This document shows, piece after piece, positions 1 through 13,730 of a DNA stretch of 64,000 nt; position 1 is the first letter of the stretch; every line of letters starts with the position of its first letter. A model generated the notes under the pieces. The model worked only from the letters and a program-made list of their open reading frames with translations. It searched no databases and had not been told where the DNA came from. Origin of the DNA: the human T2T-CHM13v2.0 reference genome, Homo sapiens. Both the position numbers and the translations under genes were made by a program. Location of the stretch: assembly GCF_009914755.1 (NCBI RefSeq), contig NC_060944.1; one strand, given 5' to 3'.

Positions 1-930
1 TAGGCTCTAACAACAAAATAAACTATGTTTTACTCATGCATCCTATGTTTTTGTGGCAAACTCCTTTACACACTGAAAGACTTGAAGATACTCTCACCTC
101 CGTAAAACACTATGCCTTAATTCTCAAGGAGAGAATTTTAGAGCTCTGGAAATTCCGGGTTCCTACTAGAGTTGATTTAAAAATTGTTACTGTCTATGAA
201 CCACCTCCTCTGATCTTGCAACCCCAGAAAAAAGCATTGCAATAGCAACAACAACAGCAACAGAATCTCCCTTCTTTCATTTCTCAGTCCCATTCCATTT
301 TGTTATCGCCTGAATTTCTAAAATACCAGCCAGGATCACCAGTGGAAAATACAAAGAATATTCAACATCTCTTTCTGGCACTCCAATTTCAAAGACAAGC
401 CCTCGTTCGGTGTCACTGTTACTGATAAAACCACTTCAGCTCAGGGATGGAAGAATGCCTTGTTACTTCCTCTTCCTGAAACAAAGTAAACATGTTTCAT
501 GGCAGATCGTTGGTAGTTGAAAAGATTTGCAAGCTACTTAATGATTACAAACCAGCTTTTATTCTTTCATAAGGTGGGCAGAATCTTCCACTGTAATTTT
601 CAAACAAAAAACGAATACTAGTAATTTTAAAAGAAATTTCTCTCCATTTGATTCTTGATCAAACCATGATGTAACTATTCTCCATTAGAAAATTGATTCT
701 GAATCCTTTTAAATTACCCCATGACTTATTCACAGCTATAATTGTGATTCCAAGAATACTCAACAACTTCTAAAGAATATTCCAATTAGTAGTAGTTGAA
801 TTTTTTCTCAGAAGACAATGTCTTTTAAAATAATTTAGTGTGAGGTTAAGATATCAGGAGGTATGTTGTTATGCAAAATGTGTTTATCCTGAGACAGATG
901 TCTAGAGGAGCCATCTAGAGCTTGTCTTGG

Positions 931-1242
<312 letters not shown>

Positions 1243-1615
1243 TTGTCTTGTTTTTAAAGAGTTTGTGATGGGTGGGAGAGGTCCAGAGAAAGACCAAGGT
1301 TTGGGGGGTGGGAAGGAATGCAGAGTGACAAAAGAAAGGGAGAGGAAGCAAGGAGGAGAAAGAACAATGGAGAGAACGGAAAATAAAGTAGACTGCATTT
1401 CATCACAGCTCCTCCTGATTAATGAATATGATAAGAAACTGATAATTGTCCTTAAGGAAGCATACAATTTTCATTTCTTTAGCACATTTGAGATCTATTT
1501 CTTTGGAACTACACTAAACTCCAGAATATCAGTATAGATACATCAGTATCAGGAAAAGCTGCTGCACCCAAAAATGCTAACTAAATAATGATTTAATTTT
1601 AGAAAAAGAACTAGC

Positions 1616-1617
<2 letters not shown>

Positions 1618-1664
<47 letters not shown>
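1618..1664. repeat. (CA)n microsatellite
   Basis: Seen directly. Confidence 0.98.
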
Positions 1665-1666
<2 letters not shown>

Positions 1667-1834
1667 CTACCAAAATAAACTAAGACCTCTCTTGATCCTC
1701 AACTCTCTTCTGTGTGGTCCATTGGCTGTAGGACATAATCGTTGTAAGAACAAGCTGCTGGATTTCAGGTACAACTGTTAAATGAGATAATACATCCACA
1801 ATTATCAGGAGCTGACAATGGGAAATTGATATTA

Positions 1835-2295
1835 TTGGCCATTGGTGGATTACTCCAGAAACAGACCTGAGATAAGAATTTAAAAGGGGTATTTAGCTTA
1901 TTGGGGCAATAAAGGAAACACCAGGAAGAGGAGTGGGGAAGAAGGACAGGGAGAACATCATCAATAAAGAATGTCTTGTCAAACCGGCTGTCACAGAGCA
2001 TGCCTGGGGAAAGTCTGGGGACAAGTACAAAACACAGTCCTCAGAATTAGATTATCTAAGGAGGGATGGAGCTAGGGAATGCATACACTAAGTTCTATAA
2101 GTCATTGGTTGAGGGCTGCTTGGATGAGGGGAGGAGGTGCATTATATCCCAGTCATCTCCAATTGGCAAAAGAGGCTTCAATGGCTACAGAAAGCCTCAG
2201 GCAAAGCAATTCAGATACTGGCAGGGGAATGTGGGCCCTGGGCCCTGTGAACTGTGGCTGCAAGGGCAAAAGGGTACAGGAGCATGACACCATCT
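1835..2295 (-). mobile_element. Old MaLR LTR (MLT1-type); paralog at about 50712-51155
   Basis: cagacc.tgaga..aggatt...ggaaacac...ggaagtgagaca pattern typical of MLT1 LTRs; present in both duplication copies. Confidence 0.6.
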
Positions 2296-2648
2296 GCTGA
2301 CTACTCATGCAGGAACTCAACACTGCTGAGTATAAGGAAAGAATTGCCCCACATTCCACAGAGCACCTGACTGAAACATTGTGCGGGTCATCTCTTTCAA
2401 AGGCAGGCTATTAAGCCCCAGGAGTTGGAGGACAATTGAATTTGATGTGACCAACTCAGCTTGCTTTCCACTCTCTAGCAAGATGCCCAAAGAGAACATG
2501 ATGAAGCTCCACTCAAGTTACAGAGTTTGGACGTGCTTTGTCTTTTCATTTCTCAAGATGGATCTAAAGTCATGAAAATGTGTCCTTTGTTCTATAATCC
2601 TCATCTCGCAGAATCCTCACATCACACTATGTGAGCAAACATCCAATT

Positions 2649-3343
2649 ATAGGATACAGAATTTGGCTGGCCTTTCCCACTGGTTCCTGGGAGGAAACCT
2701 CTAAACCCTTGGAATTTCTTGAGTAATAGGTACGTCTGTGTTATTCATGAGGGGTGTACTGGACCACACTGAGTTTGCACTAAAGAGGTGATTCATGGAA
2801 GACCCTCAATATCGTTTCAGGATGGGGTATCATGCTGCAAAAACCAACCACATTATTAGAAGGCTGGGGTTTTGAGCCACGTGATATCAGTCCAATTTCT
2901 TTAGAGAGAATTGGAGCTGAAGATTGAGTGCAACTATGTAGACAATGATTCAATCAAATATGCCTACATAATGAGACCCTAATAAAAGAAATCTGGACAC
3001 CCGAGGCTCAAATGAGCTTCCCTGGTTGGTAATTATACATTGATGTGTTAGCGGAGGACAATGAGTCCTGAGGACTTGTAAGTTTCCCACTTGGGACCCT
3101 ACCAGACATCACTCTGTGCATCTCTTCATTTGACTATTACTCATTTGTTTCCTTTATAATAAAACTATGATAGTAAGCATAGTGATGTTCTTGGTTCTTA
3201 GTTCTAGCAAATTATCAGAAATGGCTCAGGAACTCCCAAGCTTGCAGCTGGTGTCTGAAGTGAATTTAGTCTTGTATAGAACTTTGTTCTTCACTTGAAA
3301 ATTTGACCTAACTTCAGACAGTTACAGTCAGAATTACACTGCG
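2649..3343 (+). mobile_element. MER21-like solo LTR
   Basis: ggttcctgggagg..acctctaaacccttggaatttc signature; absent from the paralogous unit. Confidence 0.75.
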
Positions 3344-3910
3344 TAGCCCAAAATGTTATGCAATTCTTTTAAGATCTTTTGAGTGCTAAAGGGAGCAGAA
3401 GTTAACACAGGTCTTCCTTGTTCAAATTACAAGTGCTTTTCACTTCACCTGGCTGAATTTTGGGCTATTTCAGGAAAGGTTCAGGCTAGGTTCAGGGAAA
3501 ACTCCAATAAAAGCGGCTTAAGATGTCCAAGAATATGATGAAGTACGTAATGTTTCCAAAAAAAATAAACAAAATTTGTTTCAACAAATAATTATCTATA
3601 AAGACAGCATGCAGATACAATTATGCCTGAATCTGTTCTTAAGCTCCTGTAGCCTAAAAGTTAATCTAGAGAACTTTGCTGATACTTCTCTAAAATTAAA
3701 TATTGAGCCAGCTTGAGTTTTTCCTTATAGCATCACTACCATTATGCTTTGACATTTTCACAGATTCACTGATTTTTGTTTCACTTTCTTTAGCAAAAGA
3801 GCATGAAGTACATCCTCTTGCTCACATTAATCTCAAATGTGCAGAACAATAATATGTTTTTATTTATCTATAATTGAATTCATGTTTCTCACAACTACCT
3901 GCCTTCTGGG

Positions 3911-3918
3911 GGTGTGTG

Positions 3919-3954
<36 letters not shown>
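3911..3954. repeat. (GT)n microsatellite
   Basis: Seen directly. Confidence 0.97.
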
Positions 3955-3956
<2 letters not shown>

Positions 3957-4170
3957 CATTTTATTTTGTAGGGGAGAGTATAGATGATTTGTATAGATTT
4001 TTTAAGTCATCTTTTTGAAGTATATATATACAGAAATATGTACAAATCATATGTGTCTAGCTGGGTGATTTTTCCCAAAGTAAACACACCTGCATAACTG
4101 GCACCCAGATCAAGAAATAGAACATGAACAGCACCCCAGAGCTCCCATGGCACCCTATCTTGGTCAAGAT
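3955..4170 (-). mobile_element. Old L1M 3' fragment; paralog at about 52130-52320
   Basis: cagatcaagaaatagaacat...cagcaccccagagctccc, typical of old L1M 3' UTRs. Confidence 0.65.
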
Positions 4171-4184
4171 GGTAGGGGGTGATA

Positions 4185-5164
4185 TAAACTTTCATATCTG
4201 CCTTCAGAGTCCTTGGCAGTGGTCTCTGGGGCAGAGGTCATTCTTCTGCCATCAGCTGCTGACATCTGTGGCCAGCACAACTGAGTAGCACCCATCAGTG
4301 GTCTCTGCTGACTGGGCCCCACGTCAGCTCTGGTTGGTGCTGTGAGCCCCTCCCGCCCCAGGAATACTATGGTGATTCTCCTGTGATTCTGGCTCACGTG
4401 GTCACTTGGCAGCCCTCCAGGACAGAACCCACACTCCATCACAGTGACACCCTCTGGAAGTATCCTCCACTATTTTCCCAACTATTTCTCCTTTCCTTCT
4501 TTGAGAAGGGGAGTTAGGTGGGGTGGAAACACTTCATGTTTCAGCCATGCCATGCCCAAACTCAAGCCCTCGCTCCTTCTGCCTAACAATGCAGTACCAT
4601 GAAAACTGCTTATATGGGACCACTCCAGATTGGGGGCAGGGCATTCTTGGAAGCAGCTCTTTGTCTTGAGATAGGATACTACCAGGACTCATTTTGTCTC
4701 CCAGTCCAAATTGGAAACCTGCCAAAACTGAAACTGCAAGTGGCAGGAAAGCAACCTTTCACTACTGCCAAGACACTACCCTACCGCCGTGCCATGACAG
4801 TTTACAAATGCCATGGCAATGCCCACAAGTTGCCACCCATTTCTATGGCAAAACCCAGAGGTTACTCCCCATTTTCTAGTGATTTCTGAATAACCTGTCC
4901 CTTAATTTGTATGTCATTAAAAGTGGGTATAAATACCACTGCCAGCATCCCATGTGGCTACTCTCTGTGCACTGCCTATGCGCTAACCCTGAAATCACAG
5001 AGTTGTAATACAGCTGCTTCAATATAGCTCCTTTCTTCCACCACCAGCTCTCTCTTGAATTCTTTTGGGAGTGAAGCCTGCTCTACATCAGTTTTAGAGC
5101 AACAATTAGATACTCCTGTCTACTTCCCTCTGTTCTTGCCTAACACCAAGTTGATGATGGCCAT
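4185..5164 (-). pseudogene. PNMA-like (Gag-derived) relic A, interrupted by an LTR
   Basis: Minus strand: ATG at 5164 MAI..(T)WC*, then EIVGKIVEDTSRG (cf. PNMA1 REGWTVQDVARV), HRRITIVFLGREG (cf. YKRLTLFSGRD) and WPQMSAADGRRM (cf. WQVSDVEKRRRL). DNA homology to relic E (gactgggcccc at about 4310 and 52658). Confidence 0.68.
4712..5089 (+). mobile_element. ERV1-class LTR fragment (MER41/MER66-related) inside relic A
   Basis: gccatgacagtttacaaatgccatggcaa, gggtataaata TATA box, ends ..catca. Confidence 0.75.
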
Positions 5165-6945
5165 ATGCAGAGACAGAGGCTTGCAGAGTCCATCCAGCGT
5201 AATGTGGAAGCATGCTGCATACCCAGCTGGATGAGCTTAGGAAAACCTGGCCCCTCCACAAGATCCAACCTCATCTCAGAACAGATCTCAGGCACCTGAC
5301 CTATTACTCTCTCTGTTTCCTTTCCTTCTTTTAACCTTGATATTATGGGCCTAGAAGCATGAGTCTTCAAACTTTCCTTTATTCCATATCATATCCTTCT
5401 ACTCCAGGACATTAACTCTCCTATCTGAGCTTCTTTTTCCTTCACTTGGTTTATCTGTCTCCCATCCTAGTGGCCATAAACAAAAAGAGTATCCTCACTA
5501 CCTTGGAAAAATATTGATAAGAGTCCTCCAAAGTTAGGAAATACATTATGGCCCAGTAAAACCTGATTTTCAAGAGTCTGGCCTTATAGGAGGGATAAGA
5601 GAAACATTACATTTCATGTCAAGAGCTGAATATTACTTTTTTCTCCTTAAATATCTTCTGTAATAATCCTAATCCTAATTTCCTCACTCCATTTTTCTCC
5701 TCTGAAACCAAAGAAATAAAAAATAAAAATGCTTTAGAAAGAAAAGGGAAAAGCCATATACACAGAAACATACAATTGAAAAGCATACCCACATAGTTTA
5801 AAATATCAATCATATAAGAGAAAAAAATGCATTAATGTAAAATATACAGTGAGGGATTTCAGCCAATGTACCTGCATGTATATAGTACCACACTTGGTAA
5901 CTAATTCATCAACTCTAGAAGCACTGGGTTAAGGAACTCTGAAAACAAAAGGGAGATAATAATGTCTCCCATTTATGTGGTTATACATAGTTTATAAACT
6001 GTAGTGTTTTGTAGTTTATAAGATGCTTTTGAACACTTGCCTTATTTTAACTTCACATGACCCCTGTGGGATATGTTTTACCATCTTCATTTGGAGGCCT
6101 AGAGCAGTTCAATTACTTGCGACCCACATACAGCTATAATGTGAGAACAAAAAAACAGTGTATTCAAAACATGTCTTGCTTGTGGTTCTAAAGGTAGAAA
6201 TGAAATGGGTATTTGGGGCAAACTGTCTTGTTTTTCCAAAGAGATATTTTTGTCACGTTGTTTCAGTTGTTCAGGTGATAACAAGCACAAGCCCACTCCA
6301 TGTGCCCTAGAAACACTCAACAGGGGAAGTAAGCTACATGCCAACTGTGCATGCCTGAAAGAAATGCCCTACTTAGGAAAACGTAAAAGGCCACCATCTT
6401 CCCAACTTCTCAGTAGAGTGCTCCCCTTGAAACTATTGTGATGTGCATTGACACTGTGTTTTCTAGACAGGGATCAGAGGCAGGGGTTGTACATTTCCCA
6501 CTCTGAAGGCCATTAAAAGCTTCAACTCTCAGAGTGGGAAGCAGAGAGGTTCCGAGAGAAGAAACAAGTTCTAGGAAATTCCAGGAAAAGGGTATCCTGG
6601 TATTTTATCTTAATTTTCCCTTTTCTGCATTGAAATTCCCTTGTGTTATCAGGAGTCAATGAGGTCTGTTGTGTTCAAAAGCTACGGGTTATTTGTTCTT
6701 GGGAAATCATCTTTTGTACAATGCTTTGGGAAAACAGACCAGAGATGATAATTATGAAGTAGAAAAGGGATCACAGGCTTCAGGAAGAGATAGAGGGAGG
6801 GGATTGAGCCTCAGCCTGGAGCAGGAGATACTGAAGGCGCAAGTGGACCCATGGAACCTTCCAGTATTCCTCAGGGTTCCCAGAAACCTGCTATCACCCA
6901 TATGGGGCTCAGACTTGGGGCCCCTAGACAGTAAAGAAAAGGGGG

Positions 6946-8946
6946 CGATATTTTTGGATCTGCATCTCCAACAAATCTCATGTCAAATTGTAATCCCCAG
7001 TTTTGGAGGTGGGACCTAATAGGAGGTGATTGGATGATGGAGGCAGGGTTCTCATGAATGAGTTAGCACCATCCCTCTGATGATGTTCTTATGAAAGTGA
7101 GTGAGTTACCATGAGATCTGGTTGTTTAAAAGCATGTAGTACCGCTCCCCTTCTCTCTCTTGGCCCTGTTTCTGCCATGTAAAATATCTGCTCCCACTTT
7201 GCCTTCCACCATGAGTAAAAGCTCCCTGAGGCTTCCTCAGAAGCAGATGCCACTTTGCTTCCTGTATAGTCTGCAGAACTGTGAGCCAGTTAAGCCTCTT
7301 TTCTTTATAAATTGCCCAGTCTCAGGTATTTCTTTATAACAATGCGAGAACTTACTAATACAGAAAATTGGTACCAAGGAGTAGAGCATTGCTCTAAAGA
7401 CACCTGAAAGTGTGGAAGCAGCTTTGGAACTGGGTAACCAGCAGAGGTTGGAAGAGTATGGAGAGCTCAGAAGAAAACAGGAAGATGAGAGAAAGTTTGG
7501 AACTTCCTAGAGACTTATACATTTGTTTTGATTACAATGCTAATAGTGATATGAACAATACAGTCCAGGTTGAGGAGGTCTCAGATGGAGATGAGGAACT
7601 TATTGGGAACTGGAGCAAGTCACTTTTGTTATGCATTAGCAAAGAGGTTGGCTGCATTGTGCCCCTGCCCTGGGGATCTGTGGAACTTTGAATTGAGAAT
7701 GAGGATTTAGAATATCTAGTGGAAGAAATTTCTAAGCAGCAAAGTGTTCAAGGTTTGGCCTGGCTGCTTCTAACAACCTATCTCATATGCACGGGCAAAG
7801 AAATGACCTAAAACCAGAACTTATATGTTAAAGGAAAGTAAAGACTAAGTTTGGAAAATTTGTGGCCGGGACATGTGGTAGAAAAGAAAAGCCCGTTTTC
7901 AGGAGACAAAGTCAAGTGGGCTGCAGAAATTTGCATAAGAAAAAAGGAGCCACACAGAGTCCCCATGGGACACTTCCTAGTGGAGCTATGAGAAGAGGGC
8001 CACCATCCTCCAGACCCTGGAATGGTAGATCCAGCAGCAGCTTGCACCATGCATCTGGAAAAGGCACAGGCACTCAATGCCAACCCATGAGAGCAGCCAC
8101 AGGGGCTGAACCCTGCAAAGCCGCAGGGGCGGAACCGCCCAAAGCCTTGAGACCCCTCCCCTTGCACCAGTGTGCCCTGGATGTGAGACATGGAGTTAAG
8201 GGAGATTATTTTGGAGCTTTAAGATTTAATGACTGCCCTGCTGGGTTTCAGATGTGTGGGGCCTGTAGCCCTTTTCTTTTGGCTGATTTCTCCCTTTGGG
8301 AACAGGAGTATACCAATGCTTATACCTTCATTATATCTTGGAAGTAACTAATTTGTTTTTTATTTTACAGGCTCATAGGCAGAAGTGACTTGCCTTGTCT
8401 CAGATGAGACTTTGGACTTTGAAGTTTTGATTTAATGCTGGAATGAGTTAAGACTTTGGGGAACTGTTGACAAGGGATGATTGTATTTTGCAATGTGAGA
8501 AGGACATGAGATTTGGATGGGGCAGGAGGTAGAATTCAGTGGTTTGGATCTGTGTCCCCACCAAATCTCATGTCAAATTGTAAACCCTTATGCTGGAGGT
8601 GGGGCCTGGTGGGAGGCAATTGGAACATGGGGGCAGAATTCTCATGGATACATTGACATTATCCCCTCAGTGCTGTTCTCATGAGAGTGGGTGAGTTTTC
8701 ATGAGATCTGGTTGTTTAAAAGTTTATGGCACCTCCCCCTCTCTCTCTTGGTCCTGCTCCTTCCATGTAAGACACTTCCTCCCACTTTGCCTTTAACCAT
8801 GAGTAAAAGCTCCCTGAGGCCTCCTAGAATAAGCTGTTGTGCTTCTGGTACAGTCTGTGGAACTGTGAGCCAATTAAACCTCTTTCCTTCATAAATTACC
8901 CAGTCTTGGGTATTTCTGTATAGCAATGCAAGAACTGACTCATACA
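6946..8946 (+). mobile_element. MSTA-type MaLR element: LTR 6946-7362, internally deleted internal region, LTR about 8535-8946
   Basis: Two similar LTRs ending ..ataca, MST/THE1 internal sequence, 5-bp TSD ggggg/agggg, empty site at about 55600 in the paralog. Confidence 0.92.
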
Positions 8947-9129
8947 AGGGGGCTCCTTTAATGCAGGGAACCTGGGTTATAACTACAAATAACAGAAAGG
9001 ATTCCGGTGTCTGAGTCTGTGTCTCTATCTACCCTTCTTACCTGTGTGCCAAAGAGGCAGGAGGGTGATTCTGAAAGTAAAAAGCTCACCGCCAATATTT
9101 TATTTTAGTACAAGAAAAGAGATTAATAC

Positions 9130-9370
9130 TATGGATGTAGAGAAAGCAAGAGCTTGGAATCTAGAAACGACTTAGATCCCACCATGCCCTTACCAGCTAT
9201 GCAATCTCAGATGGGCCACTCAATCCCACTGACAGTCAATTCTCTCATCTGTGAAATGAGTGTACCAATGCTACTTTATAGGCAGCTTTGTCAGGATTAA
9301 ATGAAGTAATTTAGAAAAAGTACTTAGCAGGGTAACTGGTTGCCTGGCCCTTAATAAGTATTTCATGAGT
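9130..9370 (+). mobile_element. MIR
   Basis: ctcatctgtgaaatg...aggattaaatgaagtaat core. Confidence 0.65.
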
Positions 9371-10039
9371 TCAATTCTGTGCCAAAGATAAAGTATTGCT
9401 CACCAGCTAATTGGCCATTGTTCAAATTTTTTTAAGCAAAATGAAAACTTCAAGCTTATTAGAATTAAAATGCTCTGACCCCTTGTATTTTGGAATTATA
9501 AAAGATATTGTTTCTCAAAATAATGGTGGTGGGAGGGGTGGGGGGAACCCTCTGTTTGCTTAGGGCCATCTTCCAGCTCTTATCAGGTGGCATTTGCATT
9601 AGTCTGGTGGTAAATCCGTCCAGGATGCTGAATAAACAACTGCTTGCCTTTAGTTGGATCTTCAATTACATCAGATATGTGACCTGATGTCTGGAAGCCC
9701 TGGGCTGCCAAGGACAGAACAGTCTCTGTGAGGTGATTTAAAGGAGATCTTTGTTCCCTGGCCCCCAAATGTCTTTGTCCCATTATTTCTTGCAGTCTGA
9801 CATGCTCCCTTTAAACCCCAAAGGCTTTCTGTGTTCAAGAGCTCCTTATCTATTGTTATGCAAATGTCCCTGGGAAAAACAATAATAATTCTTCATCAGC
9901 TAATATTTCAAGGAGAACTATAGCAACAAATGCTAACAATTTCTTGGAAGCTCAGATGTAGGAGAGGTATGTGTAAGATAAGGAAGAAGGGGTTGGGGGA
10001 AGAGTGAGTTATCTCTAAAAGGGGAGGTAGATGAGAAGG

Positions 10040-10380
10040 ATGGGTTTTAGAAGTAGATAAGCCAGCTTCAGTTTCCCAGGAGCCAATCTCTAGAGCCATG
10101 ATTTCTGTTTCCTCATTCATAAGGCAGGAAAGACAAAATTTACCTCACTAGGGTGGTTTTAAAGATTAAATGAGACAACATGCAGACTGCTTGTTCCTAT
10201 GCATTCAAAGGAAGTGGTGACCATTAACTCCGCCTCCAGGCTGTAGGTTCTGAGGGACTAGGATGCAAGATCCCATCTGCCATTTGCTCACTGTGACCCT
10301 GGCCATCACTTGGCTTCCACCTGTGTAAAATGGGAAAAAGGTGTTTTCCTAGTCATTAAAAATGTAATATATGAGGCACA
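10040..10380 (+). mobile_element. MIR fragments
   Basis: agattaaatgagacaa and tgtgacc.tgg..ctgtgtaaaatggg cores. Confidence 0.55.
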
Positions 10381-10727
10381 GCTTATTAATTTCTAGGTAG
10401 AAAACTATACGATTACTCAAGTCAATTGCATGTCATTGCTAATTTAAAGAAAAAGATAATCAATTGATTTTGGGTGAACAGTTTTAATTTGAAGCAGGAT
10501 TAGTCAAGATAACAATGTATTTTAGCCAGAAATAAATTTAAGTCTGTAGTCATTAGAGTTAAAATATTCTTTCTAATAGCTATACAGTACAGAAAAAGAC
10601 TGCTGAAGAAATTTGACATGTAATAAAAAAGAGAATGAAGAAAAAGTGAGAGTGGATTTAAAAGGCTGCTGTTCCGTTTTCAGACTGCAGGCTGCCCCCC
10701 TGCTGAGCTGCCCAGCTGCTCAGTTCA

Positions 10728-10783
10728 TTTCTTAGTGAAGTGCCTTTTTTGGGCTTAGCCACAAGATGTCAGCCTAAGCTTAG
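10728..10783 (+). promoter_or_regulatory. Putative CTCF site, copy 1
   Basis: GCCACAAGATGTCAGC resembles the CTCF core; 27 nt (10757-10783) identical to 55867-55893. Confidence 0.65.
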
Positions 10784-11770
10784 CCATTTGTGCATTTTTC
10801 CGCGCCTCCAACCCATTTCTTCCCTTCCATTTCATTTCCTCTTTCGGCTCTGAGCAAATGAATAATCTTTTGGATTGTGGGCACTAGATGAATAACAATG
10901 GAGTAACTGGAGCATTCAAAGGGCCTCTGCTGATAGCAGCTTCCACCAAGTCTCAGGAAGAGCCCCCTTTCCTTCCCATTGCAGTCCCCAAGCCTGGGAG
11001 GCCATTGTCCTCTCTCAGGCCAAGTGTATCTATGTGTTGGCGCTTCCTACACAGGGACAAAAAATCCAGGATCCGTGACCCCTAGGAGAGAATGCTGTTA
11101 ACCTGTCTCCCAGGAAGGTGGATAAAGGCGATTTCAGGTTGGCTCAGCAGCCCTGGGAACTTTCAAGGGTGAATACTGCTTTCTCAGCTGCAACCTGTCT
11201 TCCCCAATGCATCGGCATTTGAGAACAAGATACCCCACCTGGGTACGAGATGCCTGCAGTACCTCTAAGAATCATGTTCTCACCACATTGGTGAAGGCAA
11301 AAAATGGGCAGATTTTCTTTCCCCATGGATTTTTGTAAAGGTGAAAATTTTCCAGACACCCCCCCTACACACACCAGCAAATGTACACTTACAACTGACT
11401 GGTCAGAAATCAGTCACCTGCCTGTCCCTGAAACCATCAGCAGTAAGAGGAGTAGGGATGCCATAACTGGTTTAGATTAGTGAGATCCATCTCCTGGGCC
11501 TAGGGAGGGTCCACCTTCCTTAAGCACATAGCTTTTGCCAGAGATCAGTACTCCCGGAGCTGAATTCCAGGGCCTGCCGTGATGACCCAGAACTCAGGAC
11601 ACAGCCCTGTCTCCCAGGGGCTCAGTGAACACACGTCCAGTCACGACTGCCCAGGGAGATTTGCAGTGGGCTAGAGTTTTGCTAAAGAGAGGCCAGGCAA
11701 CCACCAACTAAACTACCTGCCCTTTGCTGGAGAAAGAGGAGGAGGAAAAAGAAATAAATGCTGCTGAGAC

Positions 11771-12334
11771 TGACAGAGCAGGAGCACCGTCATCTCAGAC
11801 AAACACCGCCACTTTAAGCTCCAGCTCCCCTTCTAGCCTCATGCATTTCAAGGAAATCACTTCTCTTCTAACTACAAGCAGCCAGAAAGAGCAGACAGTA
11901 AAACACAGATAAGACAGCTCGGGCACAGAGGAAAGTAGGGGGCAAGTCGCTTGGGTAACTGCCAAAGTTCACCCTCATACAACGGGCCCCAGTAAAACAG
12001 TGGGCCTTAATAAGCACATTCCTTTCCCTTCAGGTGCACTAAGATAGGGAAGCTAAAAGCAGACTCAGGGGGCTATGCCTGCAGCTGCAGAAAGATATAT
12101 GAGAACAGACACACAACTCTCCTTCCCAGATAAGCACAACAAAGAGACACAGAAGCAATCCAAGCCTCTGATAAACTCTCCTATCCTGAATTCTTAAAAA
12201 CTCTTGGTCATAAGAGAGTGTGGCTCTGACCTAGCTTGGCCAGCCGCCCCTCTCAGGTTTATTTAAAATAAACTTGTCCCTGTTGACTGTAAAGCCACCC
12301 TTGAAGTTTCTCTCCTCTTTCTTTAATTCTTGCA
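11771..12334 (+). mobile_element. Solo ERV1 LTR (LTR19-like)
   Basis: TG...CA ends, start tgacagagcaggagcaccgtcatctc, aataaa near the 3' end, near-TSD gagac/gtgac. Confidence 0.8.
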
Positions 12335-13569
12335 GTGACTATATTGTCTCTGGCATCAAGAGGACTGGGGTCAGTCCAGTAGCTCTGGGCTCTGGGACCT
12401 GCTCTGCTTAGACTGTCTGAGAACCCGAGAGCATGGTGCCTCTGTTCTCTGGGTCTGTTTCCTTCAGAGAAATGCAGTCTGTTCCAGGATGTACAGCATC
12501 AGAACCAGCCTGGGCTATAGGCCTCCTATGGAAACAGGCAGGCTCAGGCCCATGCTTATCTGTCTCTCACTGTGCCATTGAGCCACCAGAGTCATGGGAG
12601 CCAGTGTTTTCCAACCGAAGGGACTTCTGTGCCCACTTTCTAGAACCTCTCCTTGAGCCGACCTATGGGGATAAAACACACACACGAAAGCAGGACATCC
12701 TGAGGAAGGGACCCTGGGAGGAAGATGAACAGTGAGACCATTCCTGTTCATCCTTGTAGAATAGGAGATAAGTTGATTTATCATTCATTAGACAGAACTG
12801 TGTAATAAAGGTATTTATGTGTGCAAGGCTGTGGTATGCAACAACTCTGGGGGAAGGAGGAAGAGAAAGAAATGAGACTTGGCTTTGGGTTGGATGTGCG
12901 ATGCTTTTTCTCAGAGAAATCAATTTTTTGCAGAAAGAAGCATGCTGTCTATTGGGATGTCGCTGCCCCACGAACAGTCACTACACCCTTGATGCATCCT
13001 CTGCGGGGGGCTCAGGGCCTCAGGAACACTAAACACCACAGGGGACCAGGCTTCATCCTGACACACACTGGGAATCAACCCAGCTGTCATTTCCATGGGT
13101 GTGGAAGAAAACTAATGACTCAAGGCTTGAATCATAAGTGGTCCAGCTTCCACTGGCAGAGGTAGATAAGTCAGTGAGAAACTCAGATACATTCACAGCA
13201 ACTGCAGCCTCTGACCGGAATGGGTCGAACCTGCAAGCCACCCTTGGCTTCAGCCTGCTTTTAGTTCACAACTTTGTGCAAAAGAGAAATTAGCAGCAAT
13301 GTGAAATGTCACAATTTGAAGGAGTCTCTGCCAGGGCTGGACAGTTCAATTTCCTTTTCAACTCACTGCCCCAACATTGTCCTGCTACTTTCAAGGAGAG
13401 AAATTCAAGCATAAGGGCTTTGTGAACCAGGCTGAGAGCTCTGGACATGGAAGGAGAGGGAAGGGCCAGGTTCTCACTGGGACACATACTGTGGTGTGTA
13501 AAGGCATGGACCCTGGACCAGAATAGCCCAGGCCAATGCACTGCATCATTTCTCCTATTTCTGGGACTT

Positions 13570-13730
13570 CTGGCAAGCTCCCTGGACACTTCTGTAGCTC
13601 AGTCTTACCCTTAGTAAATAAGGCTAAGAGTAGCACCTGCCCCTGAGTTTTTATAAGGTTAAAATCACAAAAGATTCAGAAGAATGCATGGTATAGTGAG
13701 GGCTCAGTAAATGTTTATTATTTTTTATTA
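13570..13730 (+). mobile_element. MIR
   Basis: ggcaag...ctcagt...ctcagtaaatgtt pattern. Confidence 0.5.

Noticed and set aside
7410-8347. ORFs of 93-161 aa
   Set aside because: They lie inside the MST/MaLR internal region and are repeat-derived.
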